A stretch of 64,000 nucleotides of DNA from Malacoraja senta (taxonomy: Eukaryota). A program made the position numbers and the translations under genes. The DNA lies in assembly GCA_038087875.1 (NCBI GenBank), contig CM075988.1, forward strand, positions 1,302,001 through 1,366,000, in the 5' to 3' direction. Below, piece by piece: positions 23,860 through 36,463 of the stretch. The number at the start of each line of letters is the position of its first letter. Positions within the stretch are counted from its first letter, which is position 1. A model generated the notes under the pieces. It searched no databases, had not been told where the DNA came from, and saw nothing but the letters and a program-made list of their open reading frames with translations.

Positions 23860-25380
23860 GTTTCACACTCAAAAATAGGGGGAAGGTTACGATTCTTCCT
23901 AAAAGAATGGCAATCAATAACAAATGATTCATTCATTCTACGTAGCATTGTAGGATTCAAAATTGAGTTCTCTCCACGTTTGGATCCTCCAATTCAGCAT
24001 AATTCAAACTGGTCACGGATTTTCTCAAAGGAAGAGAATGTTGATCAAGGGAGAATTGAACATTTTATGCGGAAAAGGGGTAATAGAAAAGTCAGTAGAA
24101 CAACACCATCAGTTTGTGTCAAATATTTTTCCTAGAACAAAAAAGGATGGTGGATGTAGAATCATTTCGGATCTGACAAATCTTAACCTTTATGTACAAT
24201 ATAAACATTTCAAAATGGGAACATTTACTAATGCCATTCAGCTGGTCACAAAGAATTGCTACATGGCAAGCATAGATCTGCAAAATGCATATTATTCTGT
24301 GGAAATGCATGGTAATGATCAAAGATATTTGAAATTTAGATGGATGAGTCAGTTATGGCAATTCAAAGCATTGCCCAATGGCCTGACTTCAGCACCAAGA
24401 TTATTCACTAAATTACTCAAACCAATTTTAGCTCTGCTAAGAGCCGAGGGCCATGTATTAATGGCTTATTTAGATGATATTCTGATTGTGGGGGACACTT
24501 TGGCTACTGCAAAATTGTCAGTATCTAGAGTCAAATACAATTTGAAAAAATGGGTTTCATTATTCACCTACAAAAATCAAAATTGTTACCAAGCAAGAAG
24601 ATTGATTACCTAGGGTTCACAATTAACTCTGAACACATGGTAATCACCTTGCCAAAAGAGAAAAGGCTGCAGGTAATTGAAGGTTGCACTAAACTCATAA
24701 ACGAGGACAAGCCTTCAATTAGAGAAGTGGCAAGCTTGCTGGGCAAATTAATTGCTGGGTTTCCAGCTGCCAGGTTTGGACCATTGCATTATCAATGTTT
24801 GCAGAGGGCTAAGGTACAAGCATTAAAAATGAATACAGGGCATTTTGACAGGCCCATGAAATTGACAATTGGATCCATTACAGAAATAGAATGGTGGATT
24901 AACAATGTCTCTAATGCTTCCAGAAAAGTTCTGGTAGAAACACCTTCCGTCATTCTACAGACTGATGTAAGTGGTCTTGGATGGGCGCAACAAACATGAT
25001 TTCCAGCTGTGGAGGTAGGTGGAATGTGGATGAAGTACCTTTGCTTGAAAATTAAGGAATACATTTCCTAGAGCTGTTAGGAGCATTTTATGGCCTTAAA
25101 GCGTATTGCACTAATATGGGAAATGTGCATGTTCAGGTACAGGTTGACAATACTACAGCTGTAGCATACATAAATCACATGGGTGGTATCAAATCAGAAT
25201 CATGTGATAGATTGGCAAATGAAATTTGGACCTGGTGTATTGTCAGGAAAATCTGGCTGTCAGCAATATATTTACCAGGAAAATTTAACACAATTGCAGA
25301 CAAAAGATCATGTAAATTTAATGATAATACAGAATGGATGTTACATCAGGAAATATTTAAGTAAATTGTAACACGATTTG
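23860..25380 (+). pseudogene. DIRS RT / RNase H, frameshifted
   Basis: ORF pieces 23833-24135, 23963-24613, 24550-24999 and 25116-25364 join across frameshifts and stops. Confidence 0.9.
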
Positions 25381-25382
25381 GA

Positions 25383-25781
25383 ATGCCAGAGATTGATTTG
25401 TTTGTATCAAGACTAAACCACCAATTGCCTAAGTATGTGTCATGGGAACCTGATCGTGGTGCAGTAGCGGTAGATGCTTTCTCGCTACATTGGGGTAATA
25501 TGTTTCTCTATGCATTCCCTCCATTTTGTTTAATCAATAGATGCATACAGAAAATTAAACAGGACTCAGCCTCGGGGATTTTGGTGGTACCAGATTGGCC
25601 TACACAGCTATGGTATCTACTGGTGTTAAACATAATCAAAGAACCCCTTATGGTTATTCCAAAGCAGGTGAAACTGCTTGTAAACCCTGTAACTAATGAA
25701 CCACATCCTTTACATGATCGTATTGGTTTGTTGATTTGCATCATGGAAGAGGATTATCAGACCGTACGGTGGATGTTATAG
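25383..25781 (+). pseudogene. DIRS DNA N6-adenine methyltransferase-like domain
   Basis: PEIDLFVSRLN...VDAFS..W...LYAFPPF...LVVPDWPTQLWY. Confidence 0.85.
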
Positions 25782-26690
25782 CAGCAGCCTGGAGGAATAG
25801 TACCCAGAAGCAGTACATTTCTTATATAAAGAAATGGGAGGTGTTTTGTTCAGGAAAGAATATTGCATATAACACAACAGAAATTTCAGATGTATTCGAG
25901 TTTCTTTCAACTCTTTACTACGAATTAAAATTAAGTTATAGTGCAAACAATACTGCACGAAGTGCACTCTCTGCATATTAAGCAGTGAATCAGAACAAAA
26001 TCCAATAGGATCACATCCTTGGGTCTGCAGATTTATGAAGGGAATTTTCAATTCCAATCCTCCTAGACCTAGGTATACAGAAATCTGGAATGTAAAAGAT
26101 GTACTGATGCTGCTGAGGGATTGGAATCCTATTGAAACTCTGTCATTAGCCGAAATCACCATGAAAGTGGTTATGCTGATGGCATTAGTTTCAGCTCAGA
26201 GAGTTCAAACATTACAGAAATTAAATTGACAGAATGAAATTAGGGGCAGATGCCGTTACATTCTATGTTTATGATTTACTGAAGCAAAGTAGACCTGGGT
26301 TCACGGGATGTAAGTTTAAGTTGGAATTTTCAGCATATCCTACGGATCCATGGCTAAGTGTAGTAACATATGTAAGATGTTACATGGAAACAAACAGAAT
26401 CTTAAGAGGCACAGAATTAGCATTTTTTATTAGTCATAAAAGTCCTCATAAGAAAGTGTCAACACAGACAATTTCAAGATTGAAACAGGTGTTGATTTAT
26501 TCAGGTATTGATACTGATAAATTAAAATCTCATTCCACCAGGGCGGCATCAACATCGGCCAGGGATTCAGACGTTCCAATAGACCTTATCCTCGCGGCCG
26601 CAGGATGGGCAAGTGAACAGATGTTACCATAAGGAGATTAAAGATCCCGGGGTGTTTGGTGATGCCGTGCTGGGTTCAGTATTAAATCCC
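25736..26690 (+). pseudogene. DIRS tyrosine recombinase, disrupted
   Basis: STQKQY...W, ARSALS, HPWVCRFMKG, PRY..IWNV, SAQRVQTL, HSTR and AAGW motifs. In-frame stops are present. Confidence 0.9.
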
Positions 26691-28853
26691 CCATTATGAT
26701 AAATGGGTTAATTTGTTAAAATAAATAAAACCATTAACTGATTACATTTAATGTTGTGGTTATGCATTGTTGATTGTGCTTTACTCAATAGTCAATCAGT
26801 GCAGTGAGCACCTGGATTTTAATCCACGGTGTGAAATCACAGAGCTTTGAAATCTTCACGTAGTCACTCACGTGAATCCGAAGTAAAATAGTAAGATTAA
26901 ACGAGAACTTACCAGTTCGAAGTTTGATCTTTATTTTATGAGGAGTAACGTTGAGGGATTACGTGCCCTCCGCTCCCACCCTCATAAAAGGATCGAGCTG
27001 GTAGTTCTAAGTCTTTATGCATCTTACTATCATACTTCAGTAATTATCGTCTGTGATTTTCACTCCGCTGCTTTGAAGATTGATGCGTGTGCGGCTGGAC
27101 GGGGTCTTCTTCACGTAATCCCTCAACGTTACTCCTCATAAAATAAAGATCAAACTTCAAACTGGTAAGTTCTCATTTAATCTTACTATTCTTGCAGTTC
27201 TCTGTGCATTTAGCCACCTCATTTTAAAGCCCCTAAGGATGCTTGCCAAAGTCACATACATTTGCAAATCACATCCACTTCTACAAAATGCTTTGTGGGG
27301 GATACACAGATCCGAGTTCCACTTATAAAAATCACAGAAGCTTCAGAGGTTTATGATGGCAGAATATTACTGAAGGCAAACAGCACAGTGCAAGGGAAAC
27401 GAGAGATGGACAAGAGACTGAGAGCCTCGAGGGGTGGGCCATCATCACCAAAGATCATAGAGCTGAGCAAGATAGTCCACTTGTCGAAAAAGCCGTAGTA
27501 GGTCATGGGCAATCTTCAGCGCCATTTCCGTAACCGGCTTCCGTCCGCTCCAATCTATGATCTTTGGTCATGGCCTCCGCTCTATGATCTTTAGAGTGGA
27601 CTATCTTGCTCCGCTCTATGATCTTTGGTTTAAACCGTAGACACAAAAAGCTGGAGTAACTCAGCGGTTCGGTCCAGGCAGCATCTCTGGAGAGAATGAA
27701 TGGGTGACGTTTTGGGTCGAGGCCCTTCTCACCCAGGTGTTAGATAAAGTTAATTATTTTTCTTTTGATTACCTATAATTGTGCTGTGCTCTAAAACGGC
27801 AGACTCTAGCTTCAGCTCCTAGCTCAATATGTATGAAATTGTTGCAATGCAGAACACAGTTCTGAATCGCTAAAGACCGATGCATTTCATTTGCACGTGC
27901 GTTCCGCACGTAGCACTGTCGCGGTTCCTAATGGATCGTATTGGGAGTCTAAAATCAAATTATAATCCTATGAAAACGCATGCATTTTCTTGATTGTGAA
28001 TTAGGAATTTATGCACTCAGGACATTTTTCCTTGATTTTTGTTTTGAGAAAATATAATTGGTTTCTATTTCAAATGGTTTACACCATTTATGATTCCCAC
28101 AATACCCATTAAAGAGGGTGCATTTATCTAACTAATTTCAACTGAAGTAAACACTTTTAAAAACAAGTTGTTCCTGCAATTTATCATTTACGCGTTTAAA
28201 AAAAAATATGTATGAATATCAATTAGTAGAATATAGGGCAACCAGCTATGACCATGTGTAACTATTTACTTTACAGCAAAGAAATATTTAGATTTTAAAA
28301 CGCAAGCATTTTAAGTGTCGGATTACAGTAACGGTGCCTCAACATTAAGTGTTCCATTTCTCTACAAATCTCCAAAATGCTACCCATAATAAAAAAAATA
28401 TTTCGAATTCCATGTAAACGTCTATCACTTTTATTTATTCGATCCAAAATGAAAAGGCGAAATGTTAATAAAATGCTAATCATTACAAGCTTTTTTGGTT
28501 GTTTGTGGCAAGAATCTTCATGTTGTATTGTCATTTGCTTTTACGCGCATTGAAACGAGTAAAGAAAATAACTCTACTGGGCTAAGTGCAGTGAGATTCA
28601 GAATCGCTGTATTTTTCACCCATTCAAACAGGCCCCAAAGCATTGTGTAGGGATGGTGGGTTCTCTCGTATACTGTAGTGGTGCAAAGCGTTAATTTCTG
28701 TCATTTATTGCGTCGATTTTAGAAACTGTCATACAAGTAATGAAAAGAGGGGAATGAAGCGTGCATTTACTGGTGATTAATACACCCTGGGATCGGTTTT
28801 GCCAGACTGATGTGTGTTGGAAGGAACTGCGATGCTGGTTTAAACCGAAGATG

Positions 28854-29023
28854 GACACAAAAAGCTGGAGTAACTCAGCGGGACATGCAGCATCTCTGGA
28901 GAGAATGAATGGGTGACCTTTCGGATCGAGACTGAAGAAGGGTCTCGACCCGAAACGTCACCCATTCCTTCTCTCCGGAGATGCTGCTTGTCCCGCTGTG
29001 CTGTTACTACAGCTTTTTGTGTC
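28854..29023. repeat. Penelope-derived foldback hairpin containing a hammerhead-like core
   Basis: gacacaaaaagctggagtaactcagcggga... with its reverse complement. Core ctgaagaagggtctcgacccgaaacgtc at 28932-28959. Confidence 0.8.
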
Positions 29024-29069
29024 TAAACATGGTTTTCTGAAAGCTTAGCACGCCCTCTAAAACTGACCG

Positions 29070-29455
29070 ACATGTATTAGACCATGCTAAATTATAAAAG
29101 GACTGGACAAGCTAGATGCAAGAAAAATGTTCCCAATGTTGGGCGAGTCCAGAACCAGGGGCCACAGTCTTAGAATAAAGGTTAGGTCATTTAAGACTGA
29201 GGTGAGAAAAAACGTTTTCACCCAGAGAGTTGTGAATTTATGGAATTCCCTGCCACAGAGGGCAGTGGAGGCCAAATCTGGATGGATTTAAGAGAGAGTT
29301 AGATAGAGCTCTTGGAGCTAGTGGAGTCAAGGGATATGGGGAGAAGGCAGGCATGGGTTATTGACAGGGGACGATCAGCCATGATCACAATGAATGGCGG
29401 TGCTGGCTCGAAGGGCCGAATGGCCTCCTCCTGCACCTATTTTTTATGTTTCTAA
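29070..29455 (+). mobile_element. CR1 3' fragment
   Basis: IIKGLDKLD...FPMLGESRTRGHSLRI...FTQRVVNLWNSLP and 3' UTR. Confidence 0.9.
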
Positions 29456-31985
29456 ATCATTTGGATTATGAAAGGATTTGAAAGTATACATTTTACAGTG
29501 ATGTGCGTGGTCTTTCAATGTGCTTTATCTTTGCTGATTACATTGCGAGAGGCATAACGGAAGTCGGGTCGGGTTTGCTAAAATGGCGGACGTCCCGCCC
29601 CGTTCCGTACTACACGTCAGTCCATTGGATTTTGCAGGAGTGGACCATCTTGCTCCGCTCTATGGTCTTTGATCATCACTGTCTCGCAGAATACAGCAAT
29701 GGAAATTACTTGGGTCAGAATTAGGCCAGCTGACCCCTCAAACCAGCTCAGCAAAGCATCTAGATGGTGGCTAATCTTTTATCCCAGCACCATTCCTATG
29801 CCCCTTAATGTCCAGAAATCAACTTAATTACTGAGCTTCCACAATCCTTCAAAGTTAGAAAATTCCAAACATTCACCACTCTCTGCATGAAGAAATGTCT
29901 TCTTATCTGCGTATAAATGGCCTACTCCTTAATTGTGATTCTGTGACCGCTGGCTCTGGACTCTTGTTTTGGGGAAAATTCTGCCTTGCATCCATTGTGT
30001 GAAAGATGGAAGTTTCAATGAGATTACCCCTCATGTTTCTAAACTCTAGAGACTACAGGCCCAACCTACTCAATCTCTCCTCAGCCCGTAAACTTGCCAT
30101 TCCTGTAAGCAGTCGGGAGAATCAACAGCACTTTCTCAGTGGCAAGTGGAAGATCACCAAAACTAAAACTATACTCCTCGTGTGACTTCAGCAAGGCCTT
30201 AAATAACTGAGGTCGGACTTCTTCATGGAAGCATCAAATCCTCTTGGAATAAAGGTTTACATAATTCATGATTACTTGCTGCAGCAACATATCCACTTTC
30301 TGTGGCCTTAATACAAGGAGCACAAAGGCACAGTTAGTAAAGTCATTGCCTCAGAGTGCCAGACATCCTGGTTCATCACAACCTTGGATTCTGCCTGTGT
30401 GGAGTAAGCATGTTCTCTCTGTTACTGGGTGGGTTTCCTCTGGGTTCACCATTTCACCAACGGCCCAAAGACGTGTATTGGTAGTTAAACTGGGCGGAAT
30501 CAATTGCTCCCTACATATATGAGTGGTGGAATCTGGTGAGAGTTGATGAGAAAGTGGGATGAATAAAATGGATTAATGTATAATGACTCAGTGGGCCGAA
30601 AGGATGGCTACCCTGCCAGCTACCTCCCTGACAACGAGGTCCCTTTGAACATCAACATACTCTTTTATGAAATATTAAACATTAATGTGCATCAAAGTGA
30701 ATAACCTCACATTGTATTCCAGTTTCCATATTCTCACCCACTCACTTGGCTGTCTCTGTCACTTTGAAGCTTCTTTACATCCTTATCTCTACTCATAATT
30801 CCACTTAGTTTTGCATCATCAGCAAACATCAATAAAGAACATTTGCTTCCCTCAGCCACCATCAATATAGATTGTGCCTAGTTAACGTTGGTTCTCTGAA
30901 AGAGCTTTCACACTGAATCGCACAGCCCTGCCTTTTTACCAAAGTGGCAAATTATCCAATTTTCAATTAATTATCCAATTTCATTTTGAAAGTTATTATT
31001 GAATCTGCTTCAAACCCACTTTCAGTCAGTGAATTTTAGATCTTATCACAATACATTAAACATTTTTGTGGCAGATTCAAGCATTCCAAAGGGTTTTTAA
31101 AAGCATCAGCACAACTCATCTTGCTACTCCGCAATTTGTTTAAATACACACACAGATTTATTCCTGCGCACCCTTTCAGATAGTGTCATATAGTTTATTT
31201 GCCTGCTGAATTGTGTCGTTCACACTTCACATTGTTGAACTTCACCTGCCAAGTGTCTAGTTATTTCAGCAGTCCAGCCATATTAGCATTTGTCCTAAAC
31301 CATAAAGTGCTGCAGTAACTCAGCGGGTCAGGCAATATTTCTGGAGGACATGGATAGGTGACGATTCGGGTTGGAACGTTTCTTCCAACTGATTGTAGTT
31401 GAGGGGAGGATGCTGGAAGAGAGGTGGAGCAGGCAAGGCCTGGCAAGTGATAGGACTCAGGTGGGAGAGGTTGTTGGCAGGTCTCACAGACTTTTATTTC
31501 CTTCTCATCCCTGGCCTTTGTCTAGAGATGAAAAGGAACAAAAAGGCTGTGAGATAAGGTGATCTGTGAAGTGAGGCCAGGGGAAGGGATATAGGTGGAA
31601 GGAGATGGGGTCAGTGGGGAAGGAGAAAGATGGCTACGCTAATGGGAGAAATGAGTGCATATCCAGGAACGGCACGGGGAAGAAAGGGTGGAAAAGGGGG
31701 AAGGGGAGATTGAAATTATGCTTTGCAAAATCTAGGTTGTTAATACATAACAAATTGTTGTTCTAAAATGAGCAGAACAGTGATTTCTCTGCAGTCTGCA
31801 AAATAAATATGTACTCCTGCTCACTGCCTTATGTCATACTGTTTTACAGGACAGTTCTTTAGCTGAACTCATCCATGCTGACCAAGTTGCCTAACCAATG
31901 TAGTCCTAATTTGCCTGCGTGTGACCCATATCTCTCCAAACCTTTCCTATCCATGCAACTATCCAAGTGTTATTTAAAAGTAATA

Positions 31986-33402
31986 CAGTGCTCTCCATAA
32001 TCTTTGGGGCAAAGACCCATCATTTATTTATTTGCCTCTGTACTCCACAATTTGGGATTTGTAATAGAAAAAAATCACATGTGGTTAAAGTGCACATTGT
32101 CAGATTTTAATAAAGGCCATTTTTATACATTTTGGTTTCACCATGTAGAAATTACAGCAGTGTTTATCCGAAGTCCCCCCCCATTTCAGGGCACCATAAT
32201 GTTTGGGACACAGCAATCTCATGGAAATGAAAGTAGTCATGTATAGTGTTTTGTTGCATATCCTTTGCATGCAATGACTGCTTGAAGTCTGCAATTCATG
32301 GACATCACCAGTTGCTAGGTGTCTTCTCTGGTGATGCTCTGCCAGGCCTGTATTGCAGCCATCTTTCACTTATTCTTGTTTTGGGGGCTAGTCCCCTTCG
32401 GTTTTCTCTTCAGCATATAAAAGGCATGCTCAATTGGGTGATTGACTTGGCCACTCAAGAATTGACCATTTTTTAGCTTTGAAAATCTCCTTTGTTGCTT
32501 TAGCAGTATGTTTGGGATCATTGGGCAGTTCCTTCTCTCCTCCATACTTTGCTCTTGCCATCACTCTGATATAAGTTAATCTTTGTCTCATCTGTCCACA
32601 AGACCTTTTTGCAGAACTGTGATTGCTCTTTTAAGTACTTCATGGCAAACTGAAACCGGGCCATCCTATTTTTGCGGCTAACCAGTCGTTTACATCTTGC
32701 AGTGTAGCCTCTGTATTTCTGTTCATGAAGTCTTCTGCGGACAGTGGTCATTGATAAATCCACACATGACTCCTGAAGAGTGTTTCTGATCCGTCGGACA
32801 GGTGTTTGGGATTTTTTCATTATTATAAAGAGAATTATTCTGTCATCAGCTGTGGAGGTCTTCCTTGGCCTGCTAGTCCCTTTACGATTAGTAAGCTCAC
32901 CAGTGCTCTCTTTCTTCTTAATGATGTTGCAAACAGTTCATTTTGGTAAGCCAAAGGTTTGGTTGATGTCTCTAACAGTTTTATTCTTGTTTCTCAGTCT
33001 CATAATGGCTTCTTTGACTTTCATTGGCACAACTTTGGTCCTCATGTTGATAAACAGCAATAAAAGTTTCCAAAGGTGATGGAAAGACTGGAGGAAAGAC
33101 TGGGTGCTGAGAGCTCTCTTATACCTGCATGAAGGAGGCAATTAAACACACCTGAGCAATTACAAACGCCTGTGAAGCCATGTGTCCCAAACATTATGGT
33201 GCCCTGAAATAGGGGGACTTTGTATAAACACAGCTGTAATTTCTACATGGTGAAACCAAAATGTATAAAAATGGCCTTTATAAAAATCTGACAATGTGCA
33301 CTTTAACATGTGATTTTTTCTTATTACTAATCTCAAATTGTGGAGTACAGAGGCAAATAATTAATTGACGGGTCTTTGTCCCAAACATTATGGAGGGCAC
33401 TG
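31986..33402 (-). mobile_element. Tc1/mariner transposon with ~220-bp TIRs, internally deleted transposase
   Basis: TA|CAGTG start and CACTG|TG end. TIRs at 31986-32212 and 33181-33402 with internal direct repeats. Transposase motifs [37 protein letters not shown] and WPSQSP. Confidence 0.93.
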
Positions 33403-33409
33403 TGACTAA

Positions 33410-34400
33410 ACTCTCCAGATTCCCACAGCTATATTGACGATACTTCCTTCCACCCTGCCCCCTCCAAGAGCACTATTCCACTCTACCACACCCTTGTACG
33501 GCGAGACCTTCCACACAGATGCCTAAGGTGTTTTCTTTTATCCTGCACTGTGGCTTCCCCTTTACTAGAGCTTACAGCATCCTTGACTGCATTTCAACTT
33601 TCTCTCGCACGTCTCCTCTCACTACCTCCGGGGCAGAGAAACCAATCCAGCCGCCTCAGCAAGCAATGGGCTATCTTTCATTTACTTCCACCTTCAGTGT
33701 GATTCCACCCATCCTCATCCTTTTCACCAGTTTGAAGCAACTTTTCCCTTGGTGACGAGCTGCTTCACTCTTTCATGCACAATAATCGCCACTTCTTACA
33801 GCACTTAGCTGTGTAACCATTGGAAATATAATATTTGTCCTTTTACTTCCACCATCCATGGACCCAAGCAGACCTTTTAACTGTAGTAGTGCAGTAGCAA
33901 TTCACCTCCACCCGTCAACGCTAGTGTATTGCACTCAGTGTTGATACCCCATACTCCTACATTGGAGAAACCAACCGCACATTGTTTTGAAGAGCACGTG
34001 CACTGAGTGGCAGGGTGACCGCGAGGTCCCCATTCTACTCCAATTTGATCTATCTGCCAGTGGCTTCCTGCACTGTGATAATGAGATCCAACATAACCCT
34101 GAGGAACTGTATCTCATCCTCAGATAGACACAAAATGCTGGAGTAACTCAGCGGGACAGGTAGCATCTCTGGATAGGAATGGGTGACATTTCAGGTCGAG
34201 ACCCTTCTTCAGTCTGAAGAAATGTCTCGACCTGAAACGTCACCCATTCCTATCTAGAGATGCTGCCTGTCCGGCTGAGTTACTCCAGCATTTTGTGTCT
34301 ATCGTTGATTTAAACCAGCATCTGCAGTTCCTTCCTACAACATTGTATTTCATCCTCTGTCGAGGCCGTTGCAGCCTTCCTGACTCAGCTTTGAATTTGC
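33410..34400 (+). mobile_element. Penelope-like element remnant (post-RT linker and GIY-YIG endonuclease)
   Basis: Degenerate DSHSYID.TS.HP and VYC..C...YIGETNR motifs. Confidence 0.7.
34123..34303. repeat. Near-perfect 181-bp foldback (Penelope terminal repeat, inverted pair)
   Basis: Arms of ~90 bp symmetric about 34213 (cttcttcag-t-ctgaagaa). Confidence 0.92.
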
Positions 34401-34856
34401 TGCATCAGAAGTGGCCATTGGTGCTAATAGTAAGCCAAGTGTAAATGCTGGCCTTTTCTGCAGGTCCATGTTCACAACATGAATTGCTGGCTATGTCCTA
34501 CAGCCCTACATCTTGCAATCTCTATTCCTCGCTATTCTCATTTCCCAAATGCCCTCATTTCATATTAACATTCCCAACAGAAATCCTGGAGATATGGTCA
34601 CTTTCTTCTATCTCCTGTGTCTTATCTTCTTTGTAACTTGATACAAAATTGTTTGCTCTCTTTCTAATTTCTGTCCAAAGGTCTTCAATGCAAAACATTG
34701 GCTCAGTTTCTCTTTCTACACGTGCTGTCCAACCGTTCAAACTCTTGCAGCATTTTCTCTTTTAATTTTCAGAATGTGTATTTCTTTCTATTTTCATACA
34801 GTTAACACCTCAAGCTCACAAGGACAGACGACACATTATAATGAGTTGCTCCATAC

Positions 34857-34939
34857 CACATTCTCATTAATGGCATTCTCATCACTGCCAGCTGCATTTT
34901 CATCAGGCACCAGCCCATCAGGGTCCATCATCCCAGAAC
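34857..34939 (-). CDS. APLP2: APLP2 exon beginning with GSG
   Basis: gaacag / gtatgg boundaries, 83 nt, phase 1/0. Encodes (G)SGMMDPDGLVPDENAAGSDENAINENV, in frame with the next exon. Confidence 0.88.
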
Positions 34940-36463
34940 CTGTTCAAATTACAAATAGCCTTGTTACATGTACACAAACCAACTCATTATGACAGAGAAC
35001 TAAATAGTATTTATCAGTTATGAAATGAATGTTTAACATATTGAAATATATTTATAAATTTTAATTCAGTGGTGCCTGGACAACATTCATCTCAGTCGCT
35101 GTCTGACAGCTTTGGAGACTCGCACTTAAACCTGTATAATAGCTACCATAACGATATTGGGAAATGCTACAAATTCCATTTTGAGTTAATTATATGTTTC
35201 TATTGTGAGGAGATGGCACTAAAAAAGAGCAGGAATATAAAATAAAAGCAAAAATGTTTGGCTACAGACAACAGACAAATCAAAACTTTGGAGGAACTCA
35301 GCAGGCCAGGCAGTATCTGTGGAGGGAAATGGACTGTCAGGGTTTCAGGATGGGGCTCTATTTTAAGACTGATGGGGTAGAGGGGAGAAAGGTGGAAAGA
35401 GATGTACGGACGACTTAGGTAGGAACCGGTCCTACAGAGTGAATATAGAGAATTAGAAAAAAGCAGGACCTTGGGGGTGGTAATCTCTGTATTACTCCCA
35501 GTGCCGTGGCTAGTGATGCCTGGAATGGAAGCAGAGGCCCGATGAAAGCATGGCTCAGGAGCTAGGGCAGATGTTCACATTGTTGGATCATTGGGACCTC
35601 TTCTAGGGCAGGTGTGACCTGCACAGGAGTGATGTGATGCAATGAACTAGAGGGGAATCAATATCCTCAGAGGGAATTGGGCTGGTTTTACTCAGAAGGT
35701 TGAAACTAGGTTGGCAGGAGGGGGGGTCCTGGGGCAGAAAGGAGGCAGATGAGAAGTTGGGGGCAAATACTGTAGCCAAAGAGAGCAGACAGGACAGATA
35801 AGTATACGGGGGAATCTCAGGGTGTGGAATTTCTGGTGGGACTGGGATATTATTGCCCTGACGGAAACATGGCTGAGAGAAGGGCAGGACTGGCAGCTCA
35901 ATGTTCCAGCTTATAGATGCTACAGGTTTAATAGGGATGCGGTAAGACAGGAGGGAGGGTTGCCAATTTGATTATGGAGGAGATAACAACAGTGCTCTGG
36001 GGGTATATTCTGGGGGGATCGCTCAGTGAGGTCCTATAGATAGAACTTAGGAATGATCACTTTGATGGAATTATATTTTAGGTCTCTCAATTGCCGATGG
36101 GAATAGGAAAATGCTTCATCACATTTAATTACTGGTGCACCAACTAAATAATTTTGTTAAAGATTCACAATTCTATTTTATTTTAATTTTCAAAATTATA
36201 ACTTTTCATAGATCCAAGAAATAGAAAAAAAAACAGCATTCCAAGTATGCACTTCATTCATAGCATCCTCAAAGCAGCATAAACTTGGATGCCATGCAAG
36301 TCAGTGATGTCTGGAAGTGAGGCTAAAATACTAAACTCGGCAAGCACGTACAAATGGTATGCAACTGGTAGGGTGGTAGAGCGGTGTTTAGATAGGACAG
36401 ATGGGAAGATGAGGAGGAGCAAGAATGGGTGGAAGAGGTAACGTTGGACAGAGTTAAACCAAC

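Larger units (their letters stand above)
22100..27190 (+). mobile_element. DIRS1-like tyrosine-recombinase retrotransposon, apparently full length but degenerate
   Basis: Inverted terminal repeats (22127-22163 vs 27081-27117) and an internal complementary region (26853-26965) matching both termini; ATT at both ends. Contains gag-like, RT (IDLQNAY, LPNGL, YLDD), RNase H (TDVSGLGW, VDNTTAVAYIN), methyltransferase-like (IDLF, YAFPPF) and tyrosine recombinase (AQRVQTL, SHSTRAAS, AAGW) remnants. Confidence 0.95.
27449..29671. mobile_element. Non-autonomous TIR DNA transposon (P-element-like) with 8-bp TSD
   Basis: TIR caaagatcatagagctgagcaagatagtccact / agtggaccatcttgctccgctctatggtctttg. TSD ATCATCAC at 27441-27448 and 29672-29679. 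Confidence 0.75.

Noticed and set aside
25383..26690. Phage or bacterial methylase plus integrase (contamination or horizontal transfer)
   Set aside because: Both domains lie inside DIRS termini together with RT and RNase H, which is the normal DIRS1 layout.
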